A stretch of 64,000 nt of DNA from Vulcanimicrobiota bacterium (GCA_050250895.1 JBFWNU010000001.1:616008-680007); one strand, 5' to 3'. Positions 18,227-28,443 are shown, numbered from the stretch's first letter. Notes: generated from the sequence alone by a model not told the origin. Program-made: numbers and translations.

Positions 18227-19147
18227 GTGAACAAGCTCTCTCTGGTCAAGATTCGCGATCTCTTGCTCGAGCGTCCGATGACGCCCGGGCTCCCCTCGCA
18301 TGTGTCGGCCGCCAGCGGATTGGTGACAGAGGGTGACACGGCCTATGTGGCTCCCGATGATTCGCTGCACCTGGGCGTCTTTTGCGGTCCGGGGCCCGGC
18401 CACGGGCTCAGACTCTTCGACCGGCCAGACTTGCCGGCCGACGAGAAAGAGCGCAAGGCGGTCAAGCCCGACCTCGAGAGCCTGGCCCGATTCCAGGCTC
18501 CCAACGGACCTTTGCTGGTCAGCTTTGGGTCTGGGTCCAGGCCAAATCGACGGGAAGGAGTGGCCGTTCGACTCGATCAGCAGGGGCGCCCCACGGGAGA
18601 GGTCCAAACGATCGACCTCAGCCCGCTCTATCTGCATCTGGAAGAGACCTTTCCTCGCCTCAACATCGAGGGCATCGCGCCCTGCGGCGAGCGCTTTCGC
18701 CTGGTCCAGCGCGGCAACGGTGAAGACCGTCAAAACGCCGTCATCGACCTGGACCTCCAGGCCACCCTCACGGCTATCGTCGAGGGCAGGCCCCTGGGGC
18801 CGGAACTGCTGGTGAGTCAGCGCCGGGTCGACCTTGGCCAGACCCTGGCCGACGTGCCCTGGACCTTTACCGACGTGACCAGTTTCGATCACGGCAGGAC
18901 CCTCTTCGCGGCCGCCGCCGAGGCCACCGCCAGCACCTACGAAGACGGCCAGATTTTGGGCTCTCTGGTCGGTGTGCTCGAGGCCGATGGCAGTCTCGGC
19001 CCGACCTGGCAACTCGACCTTCCCGTCAAGGTCGAGGGGCTCGATGCGCGGGAGACCGCCACCGGCTGGAACCTGCGGATGGTGACCGACCCCGACGACC
19101 CCGAACGCGCCGCCGAGATGTTTTCGGCCGACCTGGGCCCGGTATAA
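18227..19147 (+). CDS. Conserved hypothetical beta-propeller-like protein (DUF6910/DUF6929-like)
   Basis: HVSAASGL, KPDLESL, FGSGS, LNIEG, QRGN, KVEG, TDPDDP. Confidence 0.7.
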   Translation: MNKLSLVKIRDLLLERPMTPGLPSHVSAASGLVTEGDTAYVAPDDSLHLGVFCGPGPGHGLRLFDRPDLPADEKERKAVKPDLESLARFQAPNGPLLVSFGSGSRPNRREGVAVRLDQQGRPTGEVQTIDLSPLYLHLEETFPRLNIEGIAPCGERFRLVQRGNGEDRQNAVIDLDLQATLTAIVEGRPLGPELLVSQRRVDLGQTLADVPWTFTDVTSFDHGRTLFAAAAEATASTYEDGQILGSLVGVLEADGSLGPTWQLDLPVKVEGLDARETATGWNLRMVTDPDDPERAAEMFSADLGPV

Positions 19148-19154
19148 CAATTAG

Positions 19155-20123
19155 GTGGCCTATCGCACGATTCTTGCCCTGCTGCTGGCGTTGCTGAGCC
19201 TGCCCGGGCTGGCTCAAACACCTGCCAGTGGCTATGACACCGAGCGACGCGAACGAGAAGACCGCCTGCTGGTTCCGACGGAGCAGGCCGAAGCTGTGTG
19301 GAACTTCATGCGCGACCGATTTCTGGCCGACCACACCTTCATTCAGAGCCTGGATCCTCGCTTTACTTCGACGGCGGCCGAAGAGCTTTTCACCGACACC
19401 TACTATGACGTGCCCGAACTGAAGGCTCTGGCGATGCAAGCCGGCATTCGCCACCGTCGCCGCGTCAACCTCACCAACCCGGAGGACCGCAAGAGCGGGC
19501 GCGAACTCGTTCAGGTCAAGCTATCAGGAGAGGGAGGCGCCGGTCTCGAGCGGAGCGAGTTCAAATACGAAGTACGCAGCGGCCGCGGGACCGGCAAGCC
19601 CCTGGACAATCATCCTTTATTGGGCCTGATCAAGCGGCCGCAACGCGAGGAATTTATCAAGCGAGTTCGAGCGGCGGGTCTCGACCCTTTGGTGATGCGC
19701 CCCGTGCTCACCATTGTGGACCGGCGTCAGCGCATCTACCTACTGCGCGACGGTCAGCCCTACATCTCGATGACCCTCGACACGGCCACCACCCAACTCT
19801 ACGGAGTCGAGGCCCGCTTTGTCGAGTTCGAGCCCGAGCCCGGCGAGATCATCTTCACCGAGGCCAGCCCCGAAGAGCAGCAGGCGATGGTGGCGGTCAT
19901 CGACCGCATCATCAACGAAATGACCACCAATTTCCCCGACCTCAAGCGAGACCTGACCCCCAAATACAATAAGATGTTCCAACGGCTGGAAGCCAGGCAG
20001 CCGATGCTGCGGCAACTGGCTCCGATTACGCCTGACGAACTCTTCTCCATGGTACTGGCTGGCCTCAGCCTGTTGGCCGCAGCGGCCTACTTCCTCTATC
20101 GACTGACCCGCCAGAGAAACTGA
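19155..20123 (+). CDS. Exported CYTH/VTC-like protein with C-terminal TM anchor
   Basis: Signal peptide; REREDR, FTDTYYD, RHRRR, VEFE, KY motifs typical of the CYTH tunnel fold. Confidence 0.6.
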   Translation: MAYRTILALLLALLSLPGLAQTPASGYDTERREREDRLLVPTEQAEAVWNFMRDRFLADHTFIQSLDPRFTSTAAEELFTDTYYDVPELKALAMQAGIRHRRRVNLTNPEDRKSGRELVQVKLSGEGGAGLERSEFKYEVRSGRGTGKPLDNHPLLGLIKRPQREEFIKRVRAAGLDPLVMRPVLTIVDRRQRIYLLRDGQPYISMTLDTATTQLYGVEARFVEFEPEPGEIIFTEASPEEQQAMVAVIDRIINEMTTNFPDLKRDLTPKYNKMFQRLEARQPMLRQLAPITPDELFSMVLAGLSLLAAAAYFLYRLTRQRN

Positions 20124-20360
20124 TCGAGATCAAGTCTCTAGCGGCCATTTGGCGGTATGCTTTCTAAGTGGCGCCTGGGGGCTTGCGCCGCATCGTCGAA
20201 TTCGACCATCTACTCCTCTGGATCTTGTGCCGGACTCTCAGGTCCGGCCTCTTCTTTTGCTGCGGAACCACCCTAAAAACCTGTTTCATCCTCGCCTGCC
20301 CCGGGAAATGGTTAGACAGGGCAGCCACTGCCCTGATTTTCCACATGAAAGGGGTTTTCC

Positions 20361-21068
20361 GTGAACAAGGTATCGACGCTCGAGCGGGCGATGGAGCACC
20401 TGCGCGACGGGATGACCCTGATGATGGGCGGCTTCGGGCTGTGCGGTATTCCCGAAAACCTGATTCGCGCGCTGTTGGCTAACGGCGCCAAGGACCTGAC
20501 CATCATCAGCAACAACGCCGGAGTCGACGACGCCGGCATCGGCCTGCTCATCAAGAACGGCCAGGTAAAGAAGATGATCTCGAGCTACATCGGCGAGAAC
20601 AAAGCCCTCGAGACCCGCATCATCGAAGGCACCATCGAGGTCGAGCTCAATCCTCAAGGCACCCTGGCCGAGCGCGTGCGCGCTGGCGGCGCCGGAATTC
20701 CCGCTTTCTACACCCCCACCGGGGTGGGCACCAAGATCGCCGAGGGCAAAGAGACTCGCGAATTTAGCGGTCGCAAGTTCTTGCTCGAACAGGCCCTGCG
20801 CGCCGATGTGGCCTTCATCAAAGCTTACCACGCCGATACCCACGGCAACCTGACCTATCGCAAGACGGCCCGCAATTTCAATCCGGTCATGGCGACCGCG
20901 GCCGAGATCGTCATCGCCGAGGCCGAAGTGGTGGTCGAAGCCGGCCAACTCAACCCCGACACCATCGTCACCCCCGGTGTCTTCGTGGACATGGTCATCA
21001 AGGGAGAAAACTATGAAAAACGAATCGAACAAAGAACGAATCGCCCGAAGAGTCGCTCAGGAACTTAA
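20361..21068 (+). CDS. scoA: 3-oxoacid CoA-transferase subunit A
   Basis: GGFGLCGIPENL, SNNAG, PQGTLAER, RNFNP. Confidence 0.9.
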   Translation: MNKVSTLERAMEHLRDGMTLMMGGFGLCGIPENLIRALLANGAKDLTIISNNAGVDDAGIGLLIKNGQVKKMISSYIGENKALETRIIEGTIEVELNPQGTLAERVRAGGAGIPAFYTPTGVGTKIAEGKETREFSGRKFLLEQALRADVAFIKAYHADTHGNLTYRKTARNFNPVMATAAEIVIAEAEVVVEAGQLNPDTIVTPGVFVDMVIKGENYEKRIEQRTNRPKSRSGT

Positions 21069-21672
21069 AGACGGCTACTACGTCAACCTGGGCATCGGCA
21101 TCCCCACCCTGGTGGCCAACTACATCCCCGACGGGATGACGGTCGTGCTCCACTCCGAGAACGGCATGCTGGGGATTGGACCCTTTCCGTTTGAAGGCGA
21201 AGAAGACGCCGACCTCATCAATGCCGGCAAGCAAACCATCACCGAGATCGATGGCTCGTCCTATTTTCACTCGGCCGATTCCTTCGCCATGGTGCGGGGG
21301 GGTCACATCGACCTGACCGTCATCGGGGGCATGGAGGTGGACGAAAGGGGCAATCTGGCCAACTGGATGATTCCTGGCAAGAAAGTCAAGGGGATGGGCG
21401 GGGCCATGGACCTGGTAGCGGGCTCTAAGCGGGTCATCATCGCCATGCAGCACGCCGCCCCGGACGGCTCGCCGAAGCTGCTCAAAGAGTGCACTCTGCC
21501 GCTGACCGGCGAGGGCGTGGTCGACATGATCGTCACCGACATGGCCGTCATCGAGGTCACCCCGGAGGGATTCTTGCTCAAAGAGGTAATGGAGGGCTGC
21601 ACCGTCGAGGCCGTTCAGGCGGCCACCGGCGCCGACCTCAAAGTCGACTCTAGCCTCAAGGTGGTGTCGTAA
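21013..21672 (+). CDS. scoB: 3-oxoacid CoA-transferase subunit B
   Basis: NLGIGIPT, HSENG, KGMGGAMDL; ATG 21013 after AGGGAG. Confidence 0.9.
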   Translation: MKNESNKERIARRVAQELKDGYYVNLGIGIPTLVANYIPDGMTVVLHSENGMLGIGPFPFEGEEDADLINAGKQTITEIDGSSYFHSADSFAMVRGGHIDLTVIGGMEVDERGNLANWMIPGKKVKGMGGAMDLVAGSKRVIIAMQHAAPDGSPKLLKECTLPLTGEGVVDMIVTDMAVIEVTPEGFLLKEVMEGCTVEAVQAATGADLKVDSSLKVVS

Positions 21673-22854
21673 ATGGAGACCATGACCCGACCGAACGAAT
21701 TCATCAGCCAGAGCCATCTGCTCGAACCTCGTCACCTCGAATGGCGGTCGCGTTTGCGCTCGTTCATTCACGAGCATGTCGACCCCATCTCGGCCGAATA
21801 TGAGGCTAGCGAGAAGTTTCCTCGTGAACTGCTCAAACGAATGGGGCAGGAGGGCTTCCTGGGCGTTCCGTTCGCCAAGCATTACGGCGGCCAGGGCCTC
21901 GACTCGCTGTCGCTGGCGATGGCCGTGGAAGAATTCTCGCGAGCCTGGGGCTCTCTGGGCATCATCGTGGCTGCCCACATTGGCCTGGGTTCGAACCCGA
22001 TCAACATGTGGGGCAACGAAGAGCAGAAGGCCAAGTATCTGACCCCCCTGGCCAAAGGCGAGCGCCTGGGCGGCTACGGCCTGACCGAGCCTCAAGCCGG
22101 CTCGGACTCGGGAGCCACCAAGACGCGCGCCGTCCTCGAGGGTGATCACTGGGTCCTCAACGGCGGCAAAGCATGGTGTACTAACGCCACCGAAGCCTAC
22201 AGCTACGTGGTCAGCGCCGTCACCGACCCCGAGCAAGGTCACCACGGCATCTCGGCCTTCATCGTCGAGCGCGACTTTCCGGGCTTTTCTTTCGGCAAGA
22301 AAGAAGACAAGATGGGACTGCGAGCATCGGCCACCGGCACCCTGATCTTCGAAGACTGCCGCGTGCCCGTCGAAAACCTGCTGGGTGAGCGCGGTATGGG
22401 CTTCAAGTATTTCATGCAGACCCTCGACGGTGGCCGCATTACCATCGGCGCCATGTCGCTGGGTTTGGCCCAGTGCGTGCTCGACGAGATGATTGAAGCA
22501 CTGCGCGGTGAAGAGTTGCTCGACGACCTGTGGGACAACGAGTACCGGCTGGCCCCGCTGGCCGAGATCGCCACCGAGGTAGCGGCTGCCCGCCACATGA
22601 TCTACAACGCGGCCCTGCAGAAAGACAACCTGCCCCGCTGGACGCTGGATGGGGCTTACGCCAAGTTCTTCGCCTCCGAGGTGGCCATGCGGGCCACCGA
22701 CAAGGCCGTCGCTCATCTTGCCGACCTCGGCCTTTCGATGAACTCGAAAATCAGCCGCGCCTTCCGTGATGCCAAGTTGTGCACCATCGGTGAAGGCACC
22801 AACGAAATCCATCGGGTGGTCATCGCCCGCGAAATTCTGCGCAACTTGCACTAA
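21673..22854 (+). CDS. Acyl-CoA dehydrogenase (divergent C-terminal FAD contacts)
   Basis: LTEPQAGSD, KAWCTN, KMGLRAS, IGEGTNE; lacks the RxQFG and QxxGGxG motifs. Confidence 0.85.
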   Translation: METMTRPNEFISQSHLLEPRHLEWRSRLRSFIHEHVDPISAEYEASEKFPRELLKRMGQEGFLGVPFAKHYGGQGLDSLSLAMAVEEFSRAWGSLGIIVAAHIGLGSNPINMWGNEEQKAKYLTPLAKGERLGGYGLTEPQAGSDSGATKTRAVLEGDHWVLNGGKAWCTNATEAYSYVVSAVTDPEQGHHGISAFIVERDFPGFSFGKKEDKMGLRASATGTLIFEDCRVPVENLLGERGMGFKYFMQTLDGGRITIGAMSLGLAQCVLDEMIEALRGEELLDDLWDNEYRLAPLAEIATEVAAARHMIYNAALQKDNLPRWTLDGAYAKFFASEVAMRATDKAVAHLADLGLSMNSKISRAFRDAKLCTIGEGTNEIHRVVIAREILRNLH

Positions 22855-22866
22855 ATAGGAGATCGA

Positions 22867-24036
22867 ATGACATTGACCAAAGAAGCCGCCGGAATGTGTT
22901 TCGAACTGTCTGAGGACCATCGCATGGTCCAGGACATGGTTCGCAAAATGGCCAACGAGCATATCGCCCCGCGGGCGGCCGAGTACGACCGCACCCGGGA
23001 GTTCCCCTGGGAGAACGTCAAGAAGCTGGCGGAGTTAGGCCTGATGGGCGTGACCGTGCCCGAAGAGTTCGGCGGCTCGGGAATGGACTCGCTGGCTTAC
23101 GTGCTGGTGATCGAAGAACTGTCACGAGCCTGCGCCTCGACCGGCGTCATCACGGCCGTGCAGAACTCGCTCGGCGAATACCCGCTGATGGCCTTCGGCA
23201 CCGACGAGCAAAAGCGCAAGTATCTGCCCATGATGGCCAGCGGCGAGAAGATCGCCGCCTACGCCCTGACCGAGCCCGGCTCGGGCTCAGACGCAGCCGG
23301 CATGGCCACCACCTGCCGCCTGGAGGGCGACCACTGGGTGCTCAACGGCCAGAAGAACTGGATCACCAATTCGACCGCCGCCGAGTTGTTCATCGTCTAC
23401 GCCACCAAAGACCCGGCCTTGGGCCACAAGGGCGTGTGCTGCTTCATCGTCGAGAAGGACTTCGAGGGCTTCTCGATCGGCAAGCACGAAGAGACCATGG
23501 GCGTGCGCGCCTCGGGCACCTGTCCACTGGCCTTCGACAATGTCAAAGTGCCCAAGGAGAACCTGCTGGGCGAAGAGGGCAAAGGCTTCAACATCGCCAT
23601 GGCCGCCCTTGACACCGGCCGCGTGGGCATCGCCGCTCAGGCAGTGGGTATCGCCCAGGCAGCCCTGGATGAGGCCATTAAATACTCCAAGGAGCGCCAG
23701 CAATTCAAGCGCCCCATCTCGAGTTTTCAGCTGGTCCAAGAGATGCTGGTCCACATGGCTACTCACATCGAGGCCGCTCGCCTGATGGTCTATCGCGCCG
23801 CCATGAAGCGCGACAGCGGCGACAAGTTCACCAAAGAAGCCTCGATGGCTAAATGGTTCGCTTCGGAAGTGGCCGTGAAGGCCGCCCTGGATGCCATCCA
23901 GGTGCACGGAGGCTACGGCTACTCGAAAGAATATCCGGTGGAGCGCTTCTTGCGCGACGCCAAGGTGACCCAGATCTACGAGGGGACCTCGGAGGTCCAA
24001 AAACTGGTCATCGCCCGCCAATTGCTGGCCGATTAA
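22867..24036 (+). CDS. Short/branched-chain acyl-CoA dehydrogenase
   Basis: LTEPGSGSDA, QVHGGYGY, IYEGTSEVQ. Confidence 0.93.
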   Translation: MTLTKEAAGMCFELSEDHRMVQDMVRKMANEHIAPRAAEYDRTREFPWENVKKLAELGLMGVTVPEEFGGSGMDSLAYVLVIEELSRACASTGVITAVQNSLGEYPLMAFGTDEQKRKYLPMMASGEKIAAYALTEPGSGSDAAGMATTCRLEGDHWVLNGQKNWITNSTAAELFIVYATKDPALGHKGVCCFIVEKDFEGFSIGKHEETMGVRASGTCPLAFDNVKVPKENLLGEEGKGFNIAMAALDTGRVGIAAQAVGIAQAALDEAIKYSKERQQFKRPISSFQLVQEMLVHMATHIEAARLMVYRAAMKRDSGDKFTKEASMAKWFASEVAVKAALDAIQVHGGYGYSKEYPVERFLRDAKVTQIYEGTSEVQKLVIARQLLAD

Positions 24037-24063
24037 GTTTAAAAAGACAAAAGGAGAATATCG

Positions 24064-24849
24064 ATGAAGATCATCGCCTGTGTCCGTCAAACCCCGGACA
24101 CCGAGACACTCATCAAGATCGGTGGCGACGCCAAGTCGATCGACGCCAACGGCGTCAAGTACGTGCTTGGCCCTTACGACGAGTATGCTCTTGAAGCCGC
24201 CGTCCAGATCAAGGAAAAGAGCAGCGGTAACGTGACCGCCGTTTCGGTAGGCCCGGCCCGGGTTACCGAAACCCTGCGCCAGTGCCTGGCGGTGGGCGCC
24301 GATGCGGCCGTCCATATCAACACCGAGGGCAACGAAACCGACGATGCCCTGGTGCTGGCTAAAGCCCTGGCCGAGCAGATCAAGAAGATCGGCGACTACG
24401 ACATCGTCTTCACCAGCAACCGTGGTGCCGACAGTGATCGTGGCGCGGTCGGCCCGATGCTGGCCGAGTTGCTGGGCCTGCCCTATGTGGGTCTGGTAGG
24501 TTCGATCGAAATCGAAGGTGGAGCCGCTGTCTGCACCCGCGACATCGAAGGCGGAGCCCAGGAAAAGTTCAAGGTCAATCTTCCCGCCGTCGTCTGCGCC
24601 CAGAAAGGTATCCGGGGCGAGCCCCGCTACGCCTCGCTGATGCAGATTATGAAGGCCAAGAAGAAGCCCATCGAGACCACCACCCTGGCTGACCTGGGTG
24701 TGGACGCGGGCTCGCTGACCCATGTCACCATCGAGAAGATGGAATATCCGCCCGAGCGTCCCCCCGGACGCGTCATCGACGGCGCCGACCTCGACGCCAA
24801 GATCGATGAACTGGTTCGCCTGCTGCGCGACGAGGCGAAAGTTATCTAA
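24064..24849 (+). CDS. etfB: Electron transfer flavoprotein beta subunit
   Basis: PYDEYALE, GADAAVH, EPRYASL..IMKAKKKP. Confidence 0.93.
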   Translation: MKIIACVRQTPDTETLIKIGGDAKSIDANGVKYVLGPYDEYALEAAVQIKEKSSGNVTAVSVGPARVTETLRQCLAVGADAAVHINTEGNETDDALVLAKALAEQIKKIGDYDIVFTSNRGADSDRGAVGPMLAELLGLPYVGLVGSIEIEGGAAVCTRDIEGGAQEKFKVNLPAVVCAQKGIRGEPRYASLMQIMKAKKKPIETTTLADLGVDAGSLTHVTIEKMEYPPERPPGRVIDGADLDAKIDELVRLLRDEAKVI

Positions 24850-24864
24850 GGAGACACCAAGACC

Positions 24865-25848
24865 ATGGCTAACACTATCTGGATTGTAGGAGAACCCTCG
24901 GGCGACGGACTTTCCAAGCCCACTACCGAGTGCCTGGGCGAAGCTCGTCGGGCCGACTCGGGCGCCAAAGTGGTCTGCGTGCTCATCGGCAAAGGCGCCA
25001 AAGCCGCCGCCGCCAGCGCCGGTCACTATGGTGCCGACGAAGCGATGGCTTGCGACCAGGACAAATACGACCTGGCCGCCCAGGCCGAAACCCTGGCCAA
25101 AGCCATCGAAGGCAACACCCCCGACCTGATCCTCTTCCCGGCCACCACCCACGGCAAAGAGCTGAGCGCCCGCATCGCGGCCCGCTTCGGCACCGCCCTG
25201 GCGGCCGAGACCATCAACGTCACCTTCGGGGCCGACGGCGACCCTCGGGCCGTGCGTCCAATGTACGCCGGCAAGGTCCGCGCCACCGTCAAACTATCGG
25301 GTCCCAAGCCTCGCGTAGCTAGCCTGCGCCCCAACGTGGTCAACGCCCTCGAGGCCGACACCAGCAAGAGCGCCAGCGTCAGCGACCTGGCCGCGGCTGC
25401 TCCGGCCAAGCCGGGCGCCGAGCTGGTCGAGACCACCGTCAAGGGCGGAGCCAGCGGCCAGGTCGACCTGTCCGAGGCCTCCATCGTGGTTTCAGGTGGA
25501 CGTGGGCTCAAAGGCCCCGAGAACTTCCACCTCATCGACTCGCTGGCCAGCGCTGTTGGCGGTGCGGTCGGCGCCAGTCGCATGGTGGTCGATGCGGGTT
25601 GGAAAGAACATCGCTACCAGGTGGGTCAAACCGGTAAGGTGGTCACTCCCGACCTCTACATCGCCGTGGGTATCTCGGGCGCCATTCAGCACCTGGTCGG
25701 CATGCAGAACTCGGGTTGCATCGTGGCCATCAACAACAACCCCGAAGCGCCCATCTTCAAAGTGGCCGACTACGGCATCGTGGGCGACCTCTTCGAAGTC
25801 GTGCCCAAGTTGACCGAAAAGCTCAAGGGCGTGGCCGTCAACGCGTAA
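24865..25848 (+). CDS. etfA: Electron transfer flavoprotein alpha subunit
   Basis: VSGGRG, GASR, QVGQTGK, GISGAIQH. Confidence 0.95.
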   Translation: MANTIWIVGEPSGDGLSKPTTECLGEARRADSGAKVVCVLIGKGAKAAAASAGHYGADEAMACDQDKYDLAAQAETLAKAIEGNTPDLILFPATTHGKELSARIAARFGTALAAETINVTFGADGDPRAVRPMYAGKVRATVKLSGPKPRVASLRPNVVNALEADTSKSASVSDLAAAAPAKPGAELVETTVKGGASGQVDLSEASIVVSGGRGLKGPENFHLIDSLASAVGGAVGASRMVVDAGWKEHRYQVGQTGKVVTPDLYIAVGISGAIQHLVGMQNSGCIVAINNNPEAPIFKVADYGIVGDLFEVVPKLTEKLKGVAVNA

Positions 25849-25881
25849 CCAACCGGTAGCGGCAGATCGAAGACGGTAGGA

Positions 25882-25907
25882 GCGGAGGCCTGTGGGCCTC
25901 CGTTTTC
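25882..25907 (+). terminator. Rho-independent terminator after etfA
   Basis: GCGGAGGCC-TGTG-GGCCTCCGT followed by TTTC. Confidence 0.7.
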
Positions 25908-25989
25908 TGTTGCCAAACATGCAACAATCGAGACACACTTTCGGGGGCCGGAACGTGATACTCCATGGCTAGCAACAAAGGAGAACGCC

Positions 25990-27096
25990 ATGCATATCAG
26001 TCCTGCCCTACCGCGCCCCGCGGATGCTCCCAAGAAGTGGACCATCCTGCAGTATTCCGCCGCCGACAACGACCTTTACAACTGGATGGTCCAGGATATC
26101 GACGAGGCCGAGGTGGTGGGCTCGACCGATACCATGAACCTGGTGGCCCAGGTCGACCACGGCTCCCGCGGCGGCTGCCAGAGGATGCAGCTGATCAAAG
26201 ACCCGGCCCGCGGCATTCACTCGCCGGTCGTGCAGGACCTCGGCAGCACCAACATGTCGGATCCCCACACCCTGGCCGACTTCATCAAGTGGGGCGTCAA
26301 GAACTATCCCGCCGAAAACTACATGGTCATTATCTCCGACCACGGTGACGGCTGGAAAGGCGCCTGCCAGGACTGGAGCCACGATGGCTGGATGAGCCTG
26401 CCCCAGATTCGCCAGGGCCTGGAAGAAGCCCGCCAGGAGACCGGTCGCAAGATCGACGTGCTGGGCTTTGACGCCTGCCTGATGGCCTCGAGCGAAGTCG
26501 GCTATGAGCTGCGCAACGAAGCCAGCTATCTGGTCGCCTCAGAAGAGACCGAAGGCGCCTCGGGCTGGCCCTACACGCGCCTGCTCAACGGCAACATGCT
26601 GGCCACCTTCACCGATACCCTATCGACCCGCCTGAACCTCGACCCCAAAGAGCTGGCCAAGCTGGTCGTCGCCACGGCCGAGAAGGATCAAGACAACCTG
26701 CCCACCATGAGCGCCATCGACCTGTCCAAGATGGACAACCTGGCCGCCGCCGTCAGCAACTTCGGAGACAAACTCGGGACCACCTGGACCAGCAAGTCGA
26801 CCCTCAAAGGCATGGCCGACGAGACTCAGGAGTTCACCGGCTACAAAGACCTGACCGACTTCGCCGAAAAAGTCGGCAGCAACTGGCGCATCTGGGACTT
26901 CGGTCTGTGGAGCGCCGCCCGCAACGTGATTAGTGCCGCCAAAGACGCTGTCATTGCCGAGCAGCACGACAAGCAGGCCTATCCCAACGCCAAGGGGATC
27001 ACCATCGAACTCAGCAATGTCGGCGGCGAATACCAGAACACCCAATTCGCCAAAGACACCAAGTGGGACGAGGGCGTGGCTCGCCTATCCGAGTAA
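25990..27096 (+). CDS. Clostripain-family (C11) cysteine peptidase
   Basis: WT...Y.AADNDL, SDHGDGW, GFDACLM, ASEETE; AAAGGAGA RBS. Confidence 0.88.
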   Translation: MHISPALPRPADAPKKWTILQYSAADNDLYNWMVQDIDEAEVVGSTDTMNLVAQVDHGSRGGCQRMQLIKDPARGIHSPVVQDLGSTNMSDPHTLADFIKWGVKNYPAENYMVIISDHGDGWKGACQDWSHDGWMSLPQIRQGLEEARQETGRKIDVLGFDACLMASSEVGYELRNEASYLVASEETEGASGWPYTRLLNGNMLATFTDTLSTRLNLDPKELAKLVVATAEKDQDNLPTMSAIDLSKMDNLAAAVSNFGDKLGTTWTSKSTLKGMADETQEFTGYKDLTDFAEKVGSNWRIWDFGLWSAARNVISAAKDAVIAEQHDKQAYPNAKGITIELSNVGGEYQNTQFAKDTKWDEGVARLSE

Positions 27097-27199
27097 GCTC
27101 GCCGGGAGCGCCGGGGAGCGGCTAGCGCCGAGATTTCGCCCTGCGGGCGACAGGGAGCGGTGCTACGCAACCGGGATAAGGAGCCGAACGCTCCGCGCG

Positions 27200-27400
27200 G
27201 AGATGTTGGCCGCGAAGCGGCTCTCGAAGCTCGGCTGGCGGGCTGCGGCTGGCGATCGCCCACTCCGGCTGGGGGATTTCGCCCACTCCGGCTGGGGCCA
27301 GCTTGTCTGGCGGGCCCGGCTAGCGATCGCCCACTCCGGGTGGGGCCAACCTTGTCTGGCGGGCCGCGAAGCGAAGCGAAAGGCTCCCTTTCTCGAGGGG
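27200..27400. repeat. Intergenic repeat cluster: three GCCCACTCCGG(C)TGGGG units plus GCGAAGC hairpins
   Basis: Units at about 27258, 27281 and 27329, two followed by CTTGTCTGGCGGGCC; between convergent genes. Confidence 0.65.
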
Positions 27401-27424
27401 CTAGGCGCGGATGTTACAACCGGG

Positions 27425-27817
27425 TTACCAGGCTTCGAAGCAGTCGTAGTTGCGTTGGCGGTGGATGCGGTCGCCCACGAAATCGAGAAAGACCGCGAAA
27501 TGGGCCTTCATCACCTCGCCCTGAGCCAGCGGCCCGAGAGGCACTGCCAGGATACCGGTCCAGTCCACTTCGAGAATGACCGTGTCCTGATGTTCGTAGG
27601 CTCGCAAGACCTCGTAGGTCTGGGCCGATAGCAGGTTGCGGCCCTGATCGGCCCCCGCCATGATGGCGGCCAGATCGCGCGTGGCCCCCTGGGGTAGCAG
27701 GCGATTGGGCAACTCGGTCTGGATCGCGTCGTCGGTGAAGTAGAGACGAACCTCTTCGCCGGTGGCGCCCGCCTCGAGGGTGTGCAGATAGGCTCTGGCC
27801 AGGTCGATACGGCTCAC
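27425..27817 (-). CDS. SnoaL-like/NTF2-fold protein
   Basis: ELPNRLLPQGATRD, VILEVDWTG, QRNYDCF. Confidence 0.8.
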   Translation of the reverse strand: MSRIDLARAYLHTLEAGATGEEVRLYFTDDAIQTELPNRLLPQGATRDLAAIMAGADQGRNLLSAQTYEVLRAYEHQDTVILEVDWTGILAVPLGPLAQGEVMKAHFAVFLDFVGDRIHRQRNYDCFEAW

Positions 27818-27846
27818 CCCGGGCGGTTCGGGGTGAGCCTGTCGAG

Positions 27847-28443
27847 TTACTGCAGCCGCGCCGTGATACTGGCTACGTGTCTCCCTTGGAAGCGGGCCAG
27901 GCTGAACTCGGCCGGGCTGGGCTGGCGCGAGCCGTCTGCTCCGGCGATGGTGGCTGCCCCGTAGGGAGAGCCGCCGCGTACCTGGCTGATGTCGGACAAT
28001 TCGGGCGCGGCATAGGGCAGGCCCACGATGATCATTCCGTGGTGAGCCAGGGTCGGCCAGAAGGTGAGAATGGTCGACTCGTTACCACCGCCCGTGCCGG
28101 TCGACGTGAAGACGCTGGCCACCTTGCCAACCAGGGCGCCCTGAGCCCAGAGACCGCCGGTCTGATCCAGAAAGTTCCGCATCTGCGAGGCCATGTTGCC
28201 AAAGCGGGTGGGTGTGCCAAAGATGATCGCGTCATAATCGGCCAGCTCAGATGGCTGGGCCAGCGGCGCCTCTTGTTCGAGCTTGATGCCGGCGGCTTTG
28301 GCCCGTTCTTCGGGCACGAGCTCGGGCACCCGCTTCAGGGTCACCTCGACCCCCTCCACCTCGGCGGCGCCGTCGGCGACCTCGCGGGCCATGGTCTCGA
28401 TGTGGCCATAGCTGCTGTAGTAGAGAACCAGAATCTTCTTCAT
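27847..28443 (-). CDS. wrbA: NAD(P)H:quinone oxidoreductase WrbA
   Basis: [25 protein letters not shown]; GGAGGT RBS before ATG 28443. Confidence 0.95.
   Translation of the reverse strand: MKKILVLYYSSYGHIETMAREVADGAAEVEGVEVTLKRVPELVPEERAKAAGIKLEQEAPLAQPSELADYDAIIFGTPTRFGNMASQMRNFLDQTGGLWAQGALVGKVASVFTSTGTGGGNESTILTFWPTLAHHGMIIVGLPYAAPELSDISQVRGGSPYGAATIAGADGSRQPSPAEFSLARFQGRHVASITARLQ

Noticed and set aside
21013-21068. 56-nt scoA/scoB overlap as a programmed frameshift or fusion
   Set aside because: scoB has its own AGGGAG RBS and ATG, and split subunits are normal in bacteria
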